Assembly: GCA_030141605.1 (NCBI GenBank)
Contig: JAQGDQ010000039.1
Span: 496,001 to 560,000, forward strand
Direction of reading: 5' to 3'
From: Tubiluchus corallicola
Taxonomy: Eukaryota > Animalia > Priapulida
Length of the DNA stretch: 64,000 nt
Position numbers and translations under genes: made by a program. A model generated the notes under the pieces. It did not search any database and was not told where the DNA came from. It saw only the letters and a program-made list of their open reading frames with translations. Shown here piece after piece: positions 24,301-38,505 of this stretch (its first letter is position 1; every line of letters begins with the position of its first letter).

Positions 24301-25707
24301 CTTTTTTCTTTAGAAATACCACCTCTCTCATGTGGCTGTTCTGTTCAACAAGATATAATTCATTTTGGAGAATATATATTTTAAAACTTCTAAATAAGAA
24401 AAACAAAAAGCTAACACTGACTACACCTTGTTGGACCTTTTATATGTTGATCCAACTACTCAAGAGTTGAGACATTTTAATATCTAGGTATAATTGTATA
24501 ATGTATAGGTGTTAATTTTTTTAATACTGTTTATTTGTTTTTTTTTTGTAGGCTTTCTGGTTACAATTTATACATCTATGACATCAATGTAAGAAGCTTA
24601 ATTTGGCAACAACTCCGATCACTAAAGTGACTCTAACCACAGTTACTTTCAACTCTCATTATGTTATTTTTTGTAATATTTCATTTAAAAAGCTGGTACA
24701 GTCCTATTACTTTTAAGTCATTTTTCTTTTTTCATTGTTAAATTATACAACTTTGATGTAACTGTGATTTTTGTATAAGTATTTCGTATCTTGAGTGGAA
24801 TTGAGTTATTGAAGTCGTGCACAGTGCATTCCATTGCTCGATCTTTCGGAGGAAGGAAGCAGCGAGTTTTTCCTCCGTATAGGTCTAAGAGAGTCACGAA
24901 ATGCGCATAGTCAGAATCAAAAGCAGCGTGTTCGTGATAATACTTTTATTAGTTACCGTAACTCTACGTTAATTTTATGGAATTTAGGTATTCCGTGTTT
25001 CCGTTATTGTGGTCTTCGGCTTGGGTCAGAAATGATTTCAACGTGTAGGCTCAACTTGTGCGAAACTGGGCCCACACATCTTTTTATTTTGGCTGTATCT
25101 GTGTGCTGGAAATATTACCATGATTCTTTTATCGCCATAACACCATCGTACTAACGCCTTCTATTCATGTATTCCTCATCGCTATGCTGAATTTTCACCC
25201 ATATTACACTTTGTCGACTCCTTGTGGAGTGTGAGAGTGAGTGAGAGAGATCATTTAATGTATTTTTATTTGCTTCTTTTCTGTAATTTAATATTATTTA
25301 TCACTAGTAAAGTGGGCAGCAGCAACACAAGATTTTTGTGTTGGTGCTGACTTGAGCGAAGCATACCAGTAGCTTTAGTAATAATTATAATAATGTGTTA
25401 ATGCGATCTGCATATAAATTTGTTCGTGGTAAACTGTTTAGTGCTATGGGTTGACGTATTCAATTGTATGCTCATGGTAAATTGAAATGAATTCTAATTC
25501 TGACATTGCATATACTGTGTTTTTACCTAAATAACCACTGCTTTAATGATACCTATCCCTTTGACGTCGTCATTAATGATTCGTGGTGAGCAAACCCTGA
25601 TTTCCGTCTCTTGCATCAATCTGTCATCCACTGAATAGCTATCCAAAGCACACCCTTGTCCAGTTGTTCATTATTGGTTTACTCTCCTCCTAATATACCG
25701 ACTTGTG

Positions 25708-26900
25708 TTAAAATAGGAAGTTTCTCGCACGGAGTTCTGAATCAAGTTTATGTTTGAAACTATTTACATTATTTGCACTCATTAATGATTCTGGTAATGA
25801 GTTCCACAGTATTACTTTGGCTTGTGGAAAACTATGCCGATACTTTTCAGTATTAAACCTATGCTTGTACAATTTAACACTATGCCCACGTGTAATGCTT
25901 TTTCTGAGTGTAAAAAACTGGTTTGCATTGATGTCAGTAAATCCCTTAAGAATCTTGAACATTTCACTAAGTCTCCCCCTACGTCTTTTTGCAGAAAGTC
26001 GATACAGGTCTAATTTCTGCAGTTTTTGCGAATATGAGAGTCCTTTAAGACCTATGATCATGTCCGCAGCTCGTGCTTGTACCTGTTCTAGAGCACGGAT
26101 GTCCTTGAGATAGTAAGGGTCCCATACCTGACTGACATATTCAAGATGAGGATTAATAAGAGATTTGTATAGTGGGAGAATTATCTCAGCTCTTCTGGAA
26201 GTTATGGCTCTACTGATTAATCCAAGGATCTTGTTACTCTTAGTAATTTTCTTAGAGACACGACTGCGAAAATTTAGTTTGCTGTCTACTGTCAATCCAA
26301 GGTCCACCTCCTCAGTGATTACAGGCAAATCAACATCACCAAAGCTGTATGTGGCTGGATTGGTCTGATTACCCACATGCATCACCTTACATTTACCATC
26401 AAGTGTGTTAAATTCCATCTGCCATTTATCAGCCCATGCACAGATTTGGTGCAAGTTTTCTTGGAGCTGTCCCACTTGCATAGAAGAACATATTGGATAT
26501 GCTAATTTGGTGTCATCAGCAAACTTGACTAGCCGACTAACTACATTATCATCCATGTCGTCAACGAAGATGAGAAATTACAGGGGTCCGAGGACACTTC
26601 CTTGTGGCTCTCCTGATAGAACTGGGACAGTAGAAGCACAACCCTCGACTTCAACGTATTGGAATCTGTCACTTAGCCATGCTGTTATCCAGTTAAGCAT
26701 CTGTCCTTAAATACCATATGCCTCAAGTTTAAGCAGCAATCTTCTATTTAGGACTTTGTCAAATGCTTTTGCTAGGTCTAGGTATACTAAGTCAAGAGGA
26801 ATACTATGATCCAATGTGGAGAATACATATTCGAAAAATTCCAGTAAATTACTTGTCACTGACCGTTTCTTGAGAAACCCATGTTGAGTTCCTTTTAAAT
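25708..26900 (-). mobile_element. CR1-type LINE reverse transcriptase, 5'-truncated
   Basis: QHGFLKKRS..NLLEFF, YLDLAKAFDKV, PQGSVLGP, KFADDTKL, PHLEYVSQVWDPY, TRGHSVKL, WNSLP; 282-aa open C-terminal part, a few stops upstream. Confidence 0.92.
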
Positions 26901-29127
26901 AATTGAATTAATTGTAATATTAATTACAATATTGTATTGTATTGTTGTATTGTTAGATTAATTGTAATATGAAACCAAAAATCAGCCAAGTCAGCAAGGT
27001 AACTTATACAGTTTTAAAAAAGCGAAATGTTAGTACAGTCCAGCAGCTGATGCTGAGTACTAGGGAAAAAAATCAACAATCTTGTAAGTGGCATGCATGT
27101 TGGTGTATTTAGCTAAACTATAGGGAATAATAATGCTTATCAGCAGAAAGTCATCATAGTACAACAGGTCCTTCAACAACCACAACTACTTTACAGATGT
27201 CAAGTTCACGACATAATCTTTGTAATCAACCCTTTAAAATCTATTTGAGTTCAGTTATAATTGGTTTATTTTAGCAGCATTATTAGTACAGCGCTCATCT
27301 TTGGCTAGATTTTCACTGTCACACGTAAGAGCGACTGACTAGCTTCTCAAAGCGCAATAAAGTAAATAAAGTAAAGGCGCAATAAAGTAAATCTGCGAGC
27401 ACTGATTATGTTTTTTCAAGTAAATTTTGCACCTATTGTTGATCTTAAAATGTTTATTCAAGATTACTAATTTCCTTGTGCCTGTTGAGGTCATCATTTA
27501 CAACTGTAAGAATTAAAAATTATTAGTATCAATGATGCAAATACGCATGGCAAAATAAACACTATAGTATTACTATTAGGTTATCGATCTTATTCAATCA
27601 TTCGATGTTAGCGATATTGTGTGATATTTGTCTCCTGTAGCCTGACACTTTCAAAGAAAATAAACTAATTATATATAAGTGATACAGCGGATAAATTCTT
27701 AAGTGCTTTTTATGTGTGGCAGACGGACGATGTGCCCTTCTGTTTTAGGTGGAAATAATGAACTTGTAACACCAGGGTTTTCAACTGATTAATCGTTTAT
27801 TGTTACCAATACATTGTTAAAGCAGTACTAGCATATCAGAGTCCTGGTGAAATTAGATAGGATTTTAAGCACTAATGGCATAAAATCAAGTATTTGCTTT
27901 TTTAAATGCTAAATGACTAACATCAGTGATATTTAAAGGAAGAACATTATCATTAATTAAACTTTAATAATTCACTTGTGTGCTGTGACATACCTCGTTC
28001 TTCGAGCAAGTTTCATAATGTTAATGTTTAATATTTTCACATGGTTATCAATACCTTGCTGACACAAGATTTGTTCTATTTGTCGACTCATGAGTGATTG
28101 TTCTTGTTGAAAATGTCCTGTGTAAAGCATCGCACTTTAAAATTAATAAGAACTCTTCTCCTATGTTAATACACTACACTCATTAGATTGTTAGTGATGC
28201 CTGCATTAACTGCATTTGGTCATTGAAGTACTGGCTGAGCCATCTGAGGGAAAGTGTCTGCATATAAAGCCAAGCACCTAAACATTTATAAGTTTCCCTT
28301 TGGACTCTTGTTAAGTTATAAAATCTACTTGCGAAAATTACTGAAAAAATGGAAGCACAACCTAAAAGAAGCTTGATTTAAGCCAAAATACCACATCTTC
28401 TGCTCTTGTAGTTTCGAATGTTAGCTTTGAAACTTGAGTTTTAAACCTGATGAACTTCAAGCTTTTACAGATTTTGTTTTTCCTATTGCTTAGAATAAGC
28501 CATTCTTTTTTAAAGTTTTCCAGTGTTAAAAGTATTATGTTTACATTCTGGACAAATGTAGTCAGGTGTAGTTTACAGGTGGTAACTAATGTAAATTTTA
28601 TCCACAAAAGTAATTGAAGATTGTTTCATTTTGGGTGGTTAACATGAATGTAACCTATTGGCCAGCAATAAAATGTCAGATTTTCCAACAAGTTATGTTT
28701 CATTTTATAGTCAATCTACACATTTCTTTGCTTTGATAGTTAATTAAATCCATACGGTTCTGTAATCTCTGCATCCATTTCAATAAAAAATAAATCACAA
28801 TTATATTGCATAATGTGAAATTTTCTTCTTGAATTTTGAATGTTAAATATTGTAAATTGTTAACCAGTACGGTATTGGTTTGTCAAGAGTTCAGTGACCA
28901 AATATCTGGTTATTTCTTTAGCACAGTGAATGTTGTACTGGGTTGTTTTATAAATTTATAAAAAAAGACATTGACGACGTAGGCAAAAATTTTTAGAGCA
29001 TTGCATTATTTATATCATATACTTTATCTGTTTCATGTTTTTGCTTAATTGAGAATTTGTCAGGTTTCAGGTGGTTGTGTGGACTCGCTTGTATTCAATA
29101 CTATAACATTGTTAGATAACTTTTAAC

Positions 29128-32100
29128 ATGGGAAAAGCACATGGAAGGAAAAGAAGAGCTAGGAAGAAGTTTCAGTATGATAAGAACCGGAGAAAGATGT
29201 ATAAGAAAGCAAAAAAGAAGCCTAGCATTGGATGGTAAGTACAGCAATTACTATAGAAAATTGTTAGGCGTTAAATGGCCTGACAGAATATCCAAAGATG
29301 ATCTGTACGATGTGGTCAAGAAGAATTCTTTGAGTAAACAAGTACAAGTAAGAAGATTGCATTGGATTCCTATGGCATTGTGTAAAATTCTGAAATGACA
29401 AAAAAGCCGAGAGGGGGTCAGCTACTGACACATATCGATATACTACAAAAAGATTTAGCATATACGACTTTAGATTTCAGGGATGACGCATCGTGGACAG
29501 TGACGGTGGACATTAATGTGTGGCATCACAAAGTGGGACGTGGCATGTTTTTAGAACATAGCAGCGCGTAAATGACGACAGCAGTTGATACAAAATTCAG
29601 TGCACTACATATTGCTAAGAGATGCGCTACATATTGCTATATACTACATACTGCCTTTCTAATTACATGTCTTAGAAATATAACTAGTTCCAAAACTTTG
29701 AAACTGTAACAACTTACACTTTCTTAGTTAACTGTATACAGCAGTTTCTACTTTTGAAGGTCTTGTAAGGAGTCATACCCACATATCAGACATGATAACT
29801 TCATGTAACAGTTACTTTTTAAAGAAACTGTAACTATAACTAGTTATTTTTTTACAGTGCAACCTATAACGGCAACTCGTTACATTTTCAAAAATGTAAC
29901 TAGGGGTTACTTTTTCAAATTAGCTATTCCAACACTGTCTACTACTCTGTTTCTGTGCAGAATATGCTGCCAGCACCGAGTTTTCTTTTCGATTTAATAT
30001 AACCTTGGCTGCTTAAGCATCAATATTATTATTAGGATTCAACCTCAGATTCACATTTAGAATCTTTTGAAAATTTACTTCATTATTTGTTGCATAATTA
30101 AAGTTGTAAAAGCATGAAAAGCAATTGATGAGAAAGAAGAAAAAATCACAGCGCTGTTGCAATTGAAAGGTGAAAACCAAAATTGTTTTTTTTTTGCATC
30201 TTTTAAAACAATTTAAATAAATTGTTGAATTTATAAACACCATGCAAATCAAAGTTTAGCTTTAAGACATAAACAAAGAAGACAAATGAATAATTATTTC
30301 TGAAAAACACTGTTGCGCACTCATATATAGCAGCTCTGCTAAGTGCTTTTCTGTTTGTAATCTTGAGAGAGTAGCATGCAGAGGCTAATTTTGTTTCCGA
30401 ACATTGAAACTGATAACTGCAGCTTCACTTTAATTTATTTCTTATACCTAGTCTACTCAGTACTAGAAAAAGAAACTATTGATAAAATTAACAAAAATAA
30501 CGGCATTTGTTAATCATCTGTAGTTGAACTTTAGAAGTTTTAAAGGTATCACATTAGGAAGAGTGGAAAAACTTCCATTTAATAATTAACTTATGTGTAA
30601 TTTTTTAATTGAAAAATAACACATCTATCTAAATCCACAATATAAGAAACTTTGAGAAAAAAGTATGTGTGTATAATATCTAAATTGTGTGTGTTCTTAA
30701 TTTCTAACTTAGTAACGTCCATTAAAGTTTAGTTTAGCTTATTACACATCTATTAGTACATAAAAGACGTTCATAAAATAATAAAAAACACAATGCATTT
30801 ACTAGCACCTCACATCGTTAGCACTTACTAACATGTGCAGGAGGACACCGAATTGCAGAGCAAAGCTACTTGCATGTGTCTATCATATTTAAAAAACTTT
30901 GTTAAATCAACATGTTCAAGTCTTTTACGAAGTAACTTAGCATGGTGAATTATTTACAGAAGCAGGCATTGAGTTCCATTTTGGAAAAATACGATTTGAG
31001 AAAAATAAACGAAAATGTGCCTTACATGTACGCCTTACAAAGAGTTTAAACCAGTAATTACTTTTAGTTCTATTAGTTAAGGCTTTGGCAAAAAATGCTT
31101 CCCTGTTTAAATAAAGATTTGAATGCATAATTTTGCAACACGTCAGAAATTATGCGTCTTTCTTCTTTAGATTTAAGACTCAGAATTTGTAATCTGTGTG
31201 GATAAGACTCATAATTATTACACGTGTATAACAATGGTGCCTTGTAAACACTGACACTAGACTTATCTTTTTGATTACACACATTTTTCCTTTTGTTTTT
31301 TCGCTGTAGTGTTAAAGTTTGGTATATTTTCAGCACAGAAATGAAAAATGCATGGGATCCTAGGAAAAGTGTACAAGCAAATCTTCACGAAATGGGACTA
31401 TCTTATAATCCAAACATCACTCTTCCTATTGACACTCCTAAGGTGTGATATTTTTGTATCACAATTTACCTTTTCTTGAAGCTGAGCCTCACAAACTAGT
31501 ACAATTACATGGACACATGGTCTTTTTGTATAAATTTTGTAATGTGATGTCAGTGATTTGATTAATTTACAATAAGGTTTCAAATTCAAATAAAGCATAA
31601 ACTAACTTTCTTGATTTACCGTAAATCGACAGGTCAAAACCTATAAGGTTTTTTGCCCATAGTTTTCTCTCTTGTAAAGCCTCTATAGCCACGTACAAAT
31701 ACAAACACATAAACTGTCTGTCTAAATAACCATGTAATTATTGCATGCTTGAAATAAGTGAGCTTAGTTTTCCTTGTAAAACTGACAATAATTTCAACAT
31801 GTAAAGTTTTCACGGTTTATATAATAGTGTAACCATTTTTTCTAACTTTTTAAATAAAGATATTTTTATTTTCTTGGGCTCTTTGCAGGTGACCGCTTTC
31901 ATTGACACTCATGTAATTATAGGAAGATGCCTTAGCTATCTTTTCAACATTCAATGTATTTGAATAGGTTTTAGTTCGAAGTCTTACACACTTTGTTATG
32001 ACATTCCTTTACATGAACTAAAACTCTATTCTTGAAAGCGTAAGAAAAAGTTGTGTGTTCTATCCATTGTACCACAGACTCCGGTCATCTTGACAGTAAT

Positions 32101-34932
32101 TATCCTTCTAGTAAATAGCAGTTTTGTTTCATCTACTAATTATTACTCATAGAATGAATCATTACCATCGACAGACATAGAAATGGGCGAAGACCTGATT
32201 TTAAAAGAGAAGCAAGAAAAGCTAAAGAAAAATGTATCAGAACCTAAAAAGCTTCATGTCGTATCAGGTTTGTAAAATAAATTCATCTTTTCGAGAGTAC
32301 TGTAGCAAAATTATGGTTGTCAAATTCATGCATGGTGGTACATATAACCTTTTGCTAAAACAAATGCGAGTCTGTCATTTCCTCACTACTTACTTAAAAG
32401 CTTAAGCTTAAAGGGTATGATTGGAGCAGCGACATGAAAATCCTGGGATTAATTAATTTGATTGAACTAAATGCCATGGGCATTCATTGGACCTCAACCT
32501 GCCAAACACACTACAGCTTATCCTGAAAGGCAATGGTTGCTTAGATGATCCAAAAACGTTATGGATTTATATTCAATTCACACAGATGTGTTGATGTGTT
32601 GGAGGTCCTTGAGTTCTGCAAGTCCCTTAGAAGGATCCTTCTAATCATACTCCTCAAGATTGCAGGTTCTAGGGAACACCCAAGGCTAAATTTTGAGAGT
32701 ATTGTAGATGAGCAACTGTTTCAGCAATATTTTGATATAATAAATTGTTCTGAACCCCCCTCGCAAAATATTGTAGTCCTGATGAAGAAAAGTTTTAGGA
32801 TGCTGGTAAGTAGTTAGTAATTAGTACTAAGTAATTACTATTTTAAGTAATTGAACTGCCATCTGAAGGGACTTAATATTAATTCTTCTAGGATTTCGTA
32901 GTTTACATGCTCAACTTTTTCTTGAAAGATTATTGTAAAAGACTTTTCGTTATTGTGGTACAGTTTTTTTGTGCAAAACAAGCAAAGGTCATTTTTGGCA
33001 TTTTACGAAAAAAGGGATAATACACAGATCTTTCTTGTCTTAATTATTTACTACAATTAAAAGCTAGTACTTTTAGCTACATGTAGTATTTTATCTAACC
33101 TGAGCAAGCTCTGACAAAATTGCATCAAACTTGTTGCAGCATTAGAAAAAGAAGCAAATGAACCTCAACCAAACAGACAAAGACTGTCACAACCCGAAGC
33201 TCGTTTCTGTACATACATGATGGAGAAATACAAAGATAATTACAAGGCAAGTGGTATTTTGCTGTCATGCTTGATTTACTTCAGTATGATATAAACTTGA
33301 TTAAAAGTAATGATTGTTTATGCTAATTTCTTGTTCTGTTTGATAATTACACATTTATTCATTTATTGTACCATTAAATGGAGCTAAAGTGGTTATGAAT
33401 TTAAAATCAGCATAGCAGGTTTAGGTATCTTGTCTACACCTAAATTCAAATTGTTGAACTAGTTTGCCCTATAAACATCAGTTTAATTAAGCCTGCAGTT
33501 AAAATTCAAAATAACACAGTATAGCAAATATATTTAATGAAAAGTAAAATTACTCTGAGCAATTTGTATCCATGTTTCGGTGCTGTGACAAGTGACTGTG
33601 CGCCAAACATGAGTATACAAAACTGAATTGAGTACATGCAGTGATAAGAGTAACGTATTGCAAATGTAACTAGTTCCAAATAATAGAACTGATAGATCTG
33701 ATAACTTTACAGTAGGGAACGGAATCAGGCATTGTGCAGTTATGTCTCCAACACTATTTAGTGTATACATTGATGGACTGTTAAGGCAGTTGCAAATATC
33801 AGATCAGGTTATAGTTGTAAAATTGCTGGAGTTTACTATGGTGCATTTGTATGTGCAGATGATCTAAGTTTACTAGCTCCTTCATGCAGAGCATTACAAA
33901 TGATACTCAAGATATGTGAAAAATATGGCAAAAAATGTGGTGTAAATTTTGTAAATATCACTAGAACCAAAATAAAAAGTATTTGCATTAAACGTAGAAA
34001 GAAGGAGAACTTTCCAACTGCTCTGCCCAATACGTATCTACAGAATGTTCCTTTAACTTGGGTGGACCAGGTCATCCACTTAGGTAACAGATGACAAGGA
34101 TGACATGAGGTGAACTAATAAGTCAGTTTAATAGAACTATTACGAGATTCAAGTCCATAAATGTGCTGCCTAATAAAATAATAAACACTTATTGTTCTGC
34201 TTATTATGGCTGCCAATCTTGGCGATTAGGAGTCTAAATCGGTTAAATACCACTTGGAATATTGGGATTAGGAAATAGTTTTCTTTGCCATGGCACACAC
34301 ATAGTAATGTATTGCCAGTGATTACTGATTTAAGCTTTCCATTGTGGCATGTTTCTGTTCAAGTTGTAACTTTTTTAGGCAATGTCTGCCAGTGATTACT
34401 GATTTGAGCTTTCCATTGTGGCATGTTTCTGTTCAAGTTGTAACTTTTTTAGGCAATCTCGTATGTCATCAGTGCAATTTCTTTATAAAATCATTAGCAA
34501 TGATGCCAGAAACACAATGGGTTTAAAGTAAAATATTTAAGCAGTTCACTAGAGTTTAGTAATAGTGCTGCTTTACTGTCATGTAAATTTAAAATAAATA
34601 ATTTTGTGAAACGATATATTAATAGTGCAAACAGAGAAACCATTATTAACGGAAATATTATTAAGAAATGTTTGTTAGCGATGGGTGGAGTACTTGAGGT
34701 TAGGCTTGACAATAGCCAGTTAGCTATATTAATAGATTATCTCACAACCGTGTAAAGTAACTACTGATTTGGTTTTGCATATAGGCCTACTGTGTAAATA
34801 TGATATATATATATATATATATGTAAATATTAGTACTTCTTTTTTCCACTAACCTGGTCATAAATATCAATAATGTTAACTTCTTTATTATCATATATAA
34901 CATTTATTAACATATTCTTAATATTAACATAA

Positions 34933-34970
<38 letters not shown>

Positions 34971-35950
34971 TTATATATATATAGCTCCAAAATTGCGGAA
35001 CTCTAACGGTAACTTGTTTCATTTTTAAGAGTTAATTTGTTATAGTACTAATTCTTTTTTTGTTGTAACTTGTAATGGATATGACAGTCACTAGTTGCTT
35101 TTACTGTTACATTTGTCTGGAATCAAACCAAAAGTTTATTAAATGCACGAAAAGGTACTCTGCCCATTATACATCTTCTTTCATTTCATTTCTCTCATAC
35201 CCATGGCAGACTTGATAACTTTGTGTAACACTTTTTAAAGGAACTACAACTTCATAGTTTTCTGATGGTTAAGAAAGAGCCATAACTTAACTAATTACAT
35301 TTTTGACGGTGTAACTTGTTACTGTAATAAGATGCATATTCAGAAATGTAAGTGTTACTATAACATTTAGTTAAATCAGTAAATGAAGTCTCCCAACACT
35401 GAGTATACGCATACTTTAGTTCTAGTGACATGTAAACTTTATTTCTACACTGGCTGCTTGGGCAGAAAAATTGTATTTACCAAATAGATTGTTGTTGACT
35501 AATTACACATCATATGAAAAGCTACCACTTTGATTTTTAGACTAAGCACCTCACATTGTTCTGTAGCTAAGGAAAGTTGCTAGACATCAGAAGTTGATGC
35601 TTTGAAGTGATTTAGGATTCAGTTTTTATGTTTACCTACCATAAAATCTAAATCATCACCTAATTGGCACTCTTTTCCACCACAACCCAACGTTTTCATC
35701 CTTGAAATACAAAGGATACAAAACTGAAAGTGCTAGAATAACAAAGTTTCTTCGACATTTAAATTTTACTATTTTTTTTGTAAATTTTGTTTAAGCTTTT
35801 TACCATAGGTTTACATTATTGTTCTAGGCAATGGCTAAAGATGAAAAGAATTATTATCAAGAAACACCCAAAGCTATTCGGAGAAAAATTAACTTCTTCA
35901 AGACTTTGCCACAGTACAAAGAGTATCTCTTGAAAAGTACAAAATCTTGA
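29128..35950 (+). CDS. NOP16: Nucleolar protein 16, ~186 aa
   Basis: Exons 29128-29234 (MGKAHGRKRRARKKFQY), 31334-31442 (AWDPRKSVQANLHEMGLSYNPN), 32153-32267, 33140-33246 (ALEKEANEP...YMMEKYKDNYK; GC donor), 35828-35950 (AMAKDEKNYYQETPKAIRRKI); AATAAA at 36001. Confidence 0.92.
29228..29520 (+). mobile_element. RTE-like LINE C-terminal remnant at the start of NOP16 intron 1
   Basis: LDGKYSNYYRKLLGVKWPDRISKDDLY...SKQVQVRRLHW resembles the post-RT motif (R..L.V.W...ISN..LY...I..RRL.W). Confidence 0.65.
29690..29937. mobile_element. GTAACT-rich hAT-like MITE, right part (NOP16 intron 1)
   Basis: Repeated gtaact/agttac motifs ending in ccaacactg; same architecture at ~34990-35401. Confidence 0.45.
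30840..31240 (-). mobile_element. CR1-like LINE 3' remnant in NOP16 intron 1
   Basis: YPHRLQILSLKSKEERRIISD and FRLFFSNRIFPKWNSMP motifs. Confidence 0.65.
33620..34755 (+). mobile_element. Decayed LINE RT fragment in NOP16 intron 4, with an internal 74-bp tandem duplication (34313-34457)
   Basis: GIR...MSPTLFSVYIDGLL, YYGAFVCADDLSLLAPSCRALQMILKICEKYG, HLG, YCSAYYGCQ.W; multiple stops. Confidence 0.8.
34938..34965. repeat. (TA)n microsatellite
   Basis: Run of tatatata; a shorter one at ~34803-34822. Confidence 0.85.
34990..35401. mobile_element. GTAACT-rich hAT-like MITE (NOP16 intron 4)
   Basis: gtaact repeats and terminal cccaacactg, as at 29690-29937. Confidence 0.45.
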
Positions 35951-37129
35951 CAAGAGTATTTGTAATTTGCTTAGTGTTTTATTTTAGTAACATGTTGCTA
36001 AATAAATTTGCTTACCCTAAGTTTTTGTTTTTGTTTAGTTTAAGAGATCATTCACGTAATTACTGCTAAAGTGGAAGTTTTTGAACTCTAAATATTTTTA
36101 AACAGAAAGGCTTTGCATTAATTATTAGTCAAGGTATTTTGGCTTTGCATTAATTATTAGTCAAGGTCTTTTCATGGGAGCTAAAAAAGCAGTGCTCAAA
36201 ACTATATAAGGCTGAAATCGGATAACTATAAAATTATGTAGTGAACTTGTCAAATCAAATTTTTAGCAATACTCGATTTTTTTGGCAATAGACAGGCCTG
36301 TGGTTGGAGATTTATCCACCTGTCTCATAATTATACTGACATGTGCTTTTCTGTCTGATCGTAAAATGTTTGGCATCGCAACTAGTGCTAACTTGTGATT
36401 GCAGAGAAAATTGAACTGAATGGCTTGGAAATCATATGACCTCGGTGCTGCTGTACACATTGGAGCAATCCTGAAAAAAGAGCTGAGCTCAAGATGACAC
36501 CATTATTGGTATTCAGAAGGCAAGACTGTGAGACATTTGTAAGATGTGTTGGAGGATTTTGTGTTTGACCACGTCTTCAAGACCCCAGTCATACCCTCAA
36601 CATTGTAGACAGTGTGAGCTGCACACGGTTTTCCCAGTAAATATTAAGGGAGTGGTAGATATTTTATTGATTCAGCAATACTTTGATGTAATGAATTGTT
36701 CAGTAGCGTTAGAAAATAACCACTAAAATAGCAACAGAAAGCATTGTATAATGCAGAAATATTTATTCAATCATAACTAGGGGGTGAGCATCGAACGATC
36801 GAAACGAACAAGTTTTTTTATTCAAATTTGCTAATCCACGGCAATTGCAAGAACTCCAAACATCATCACTGGATGAAAGATGCCTACATGCTGATTTAGT
36901 TATGGTATATAACATCATTCATTCACGGACATGTCATTCTCAGTTTCTACAACTTTCAGCTGGGCGCAGTAAGCCGTACAAGAGGAGGAAACTTCAAGCT
37001 TTTCAACGAACACGCCAGACTCGAGCTTCTTCTTTGCGAGAACGCTTTTTGTTAATGATTCGCATTCGAGAAACTAAGCAAATAAACTAGTTACCGTAGA
37101 TACACTCGATCCTCTTCACCACCATTGGT

Positions 37130-38200
37130 GAGCAAGCAGACATCAGCAAAAAGTGTCTGTTTGCAACAACACGATCAACTTGTTTTACGAATCGCACCAA
37201 ATATCTTTTACGTCAACTTGCCTTTACTGTTTACTCATCTTTAAAAATGTTTTTAGTTTCAACAGCTTGTTAACATACATCCTAGTCAGTAGTAATTTAT
37301 CTAAGCTCCATTCACTTATATCTTGCGCAGATAGGCCCAACTTGTTGATATACGCAGCTTTACATTCAAAAAGATGCTCAGTAGTATCCTCTGCTACCTG
37401 GCATAAAAAAATATTTCAGATCACCTTTATACAGATTTTTAAAATTTGCTTTAGCATCTATCATGTTAAGTCTAATTGCCACAATGTCTTTCATTTTGTC
37501 ATACTTGCATTTTTCGACATACATTTGTCTTTGGACAGTTTTGTTCCTCAAAAATTTCAATTTTCTCATAGTTTCTATTTTGGTTCTTTTTCTATAAATG
37601 AATTTCATTCATTACATACTTTTCCCATCTAGATTTGGTTATTACATTTATATCCACTGTATTTATATCAATATTATATTTATTCATGATGTGTTTGATT
37701 TCTGAATACCAACATTTATTATTTGCACTTTTACAACTTGTTTTGCCATTCTTTCATCATTTGAGTTCATTAACAGAGGATAATAAAGTACATTAATTTT
37801 TTATAGTCTACACTACAAATCATTGCTCAAGTTTTTGTTTCACTTAACATGCCCCAATATGGCGTACAATCTTTTTGACATAAAATTTTTCCTTTTTGTA
37901 TGCTTTCTAATTTATCTAATTCTGATTTGGTGAGATTGGTCCAAGATTCAAGTCTCAGCATTATTGATTATTAATGGTATTACTATGTTTTCATGCAACA
38001 TTAGCTGAACAACTGCGACAGTAGTTCCAACTTTAGATTCATTACCAATGTTCATTATTTCTAAAATCATAAATTTAATTTTATCGTCTTTCAAACACAA
38101 GCTTATAATTATTTTTGTTATTAAACCAATCTCCCAAATATTGGTATTCTTGAGTCCTTTTGTTCTTTCTAAATTGATGGTCATCATTTTTTTGAGTTTC
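37130..38200 (-). mobile_element. Decayed LINE RT C-terminal fragment
   Basis: EYQYLGDW, IVIPLIINNAET, WTNLTKSELDKLESIQK, PYWGMLSET, IRLNMIDAKANFKN; frameshifted. Confidence 0.7.
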
Positions 38201-38505
38201 TACCTGCAGTTTTTTCTGCAGTCCCCACTGATAACACGTCATCCATATATAACAGGGTGCCAATCCCTAAATCAGGGCCAAAGATTGTCACTGGACGATA
38301 CTATATATCTATAATATCGTTCATAGTTATCCCACATAGTATCGGTCCTACTGGGGTGCCCTGCCTTATATTTTCAGTTAGTTTGATACTACATATTAGT
38401 AAATCCAATACTTAGCGTAGTCGTTGCAAGGGAGCGTTGCGAAGATGAACAGGTGGTGCACTCAGAAGTTAAAAAGTCAATCAAGTCACGGCGCTGAAAT
38501 CCAAT

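Noticed and set aside
25570-25640. aaccctgatttccgtc, resembling an 18S rRNA antisense guide of a snoRNA
   Set aside because: Short imperfect match, no good C box, and it lies where the adjacent LINE 3'UTR is expected.
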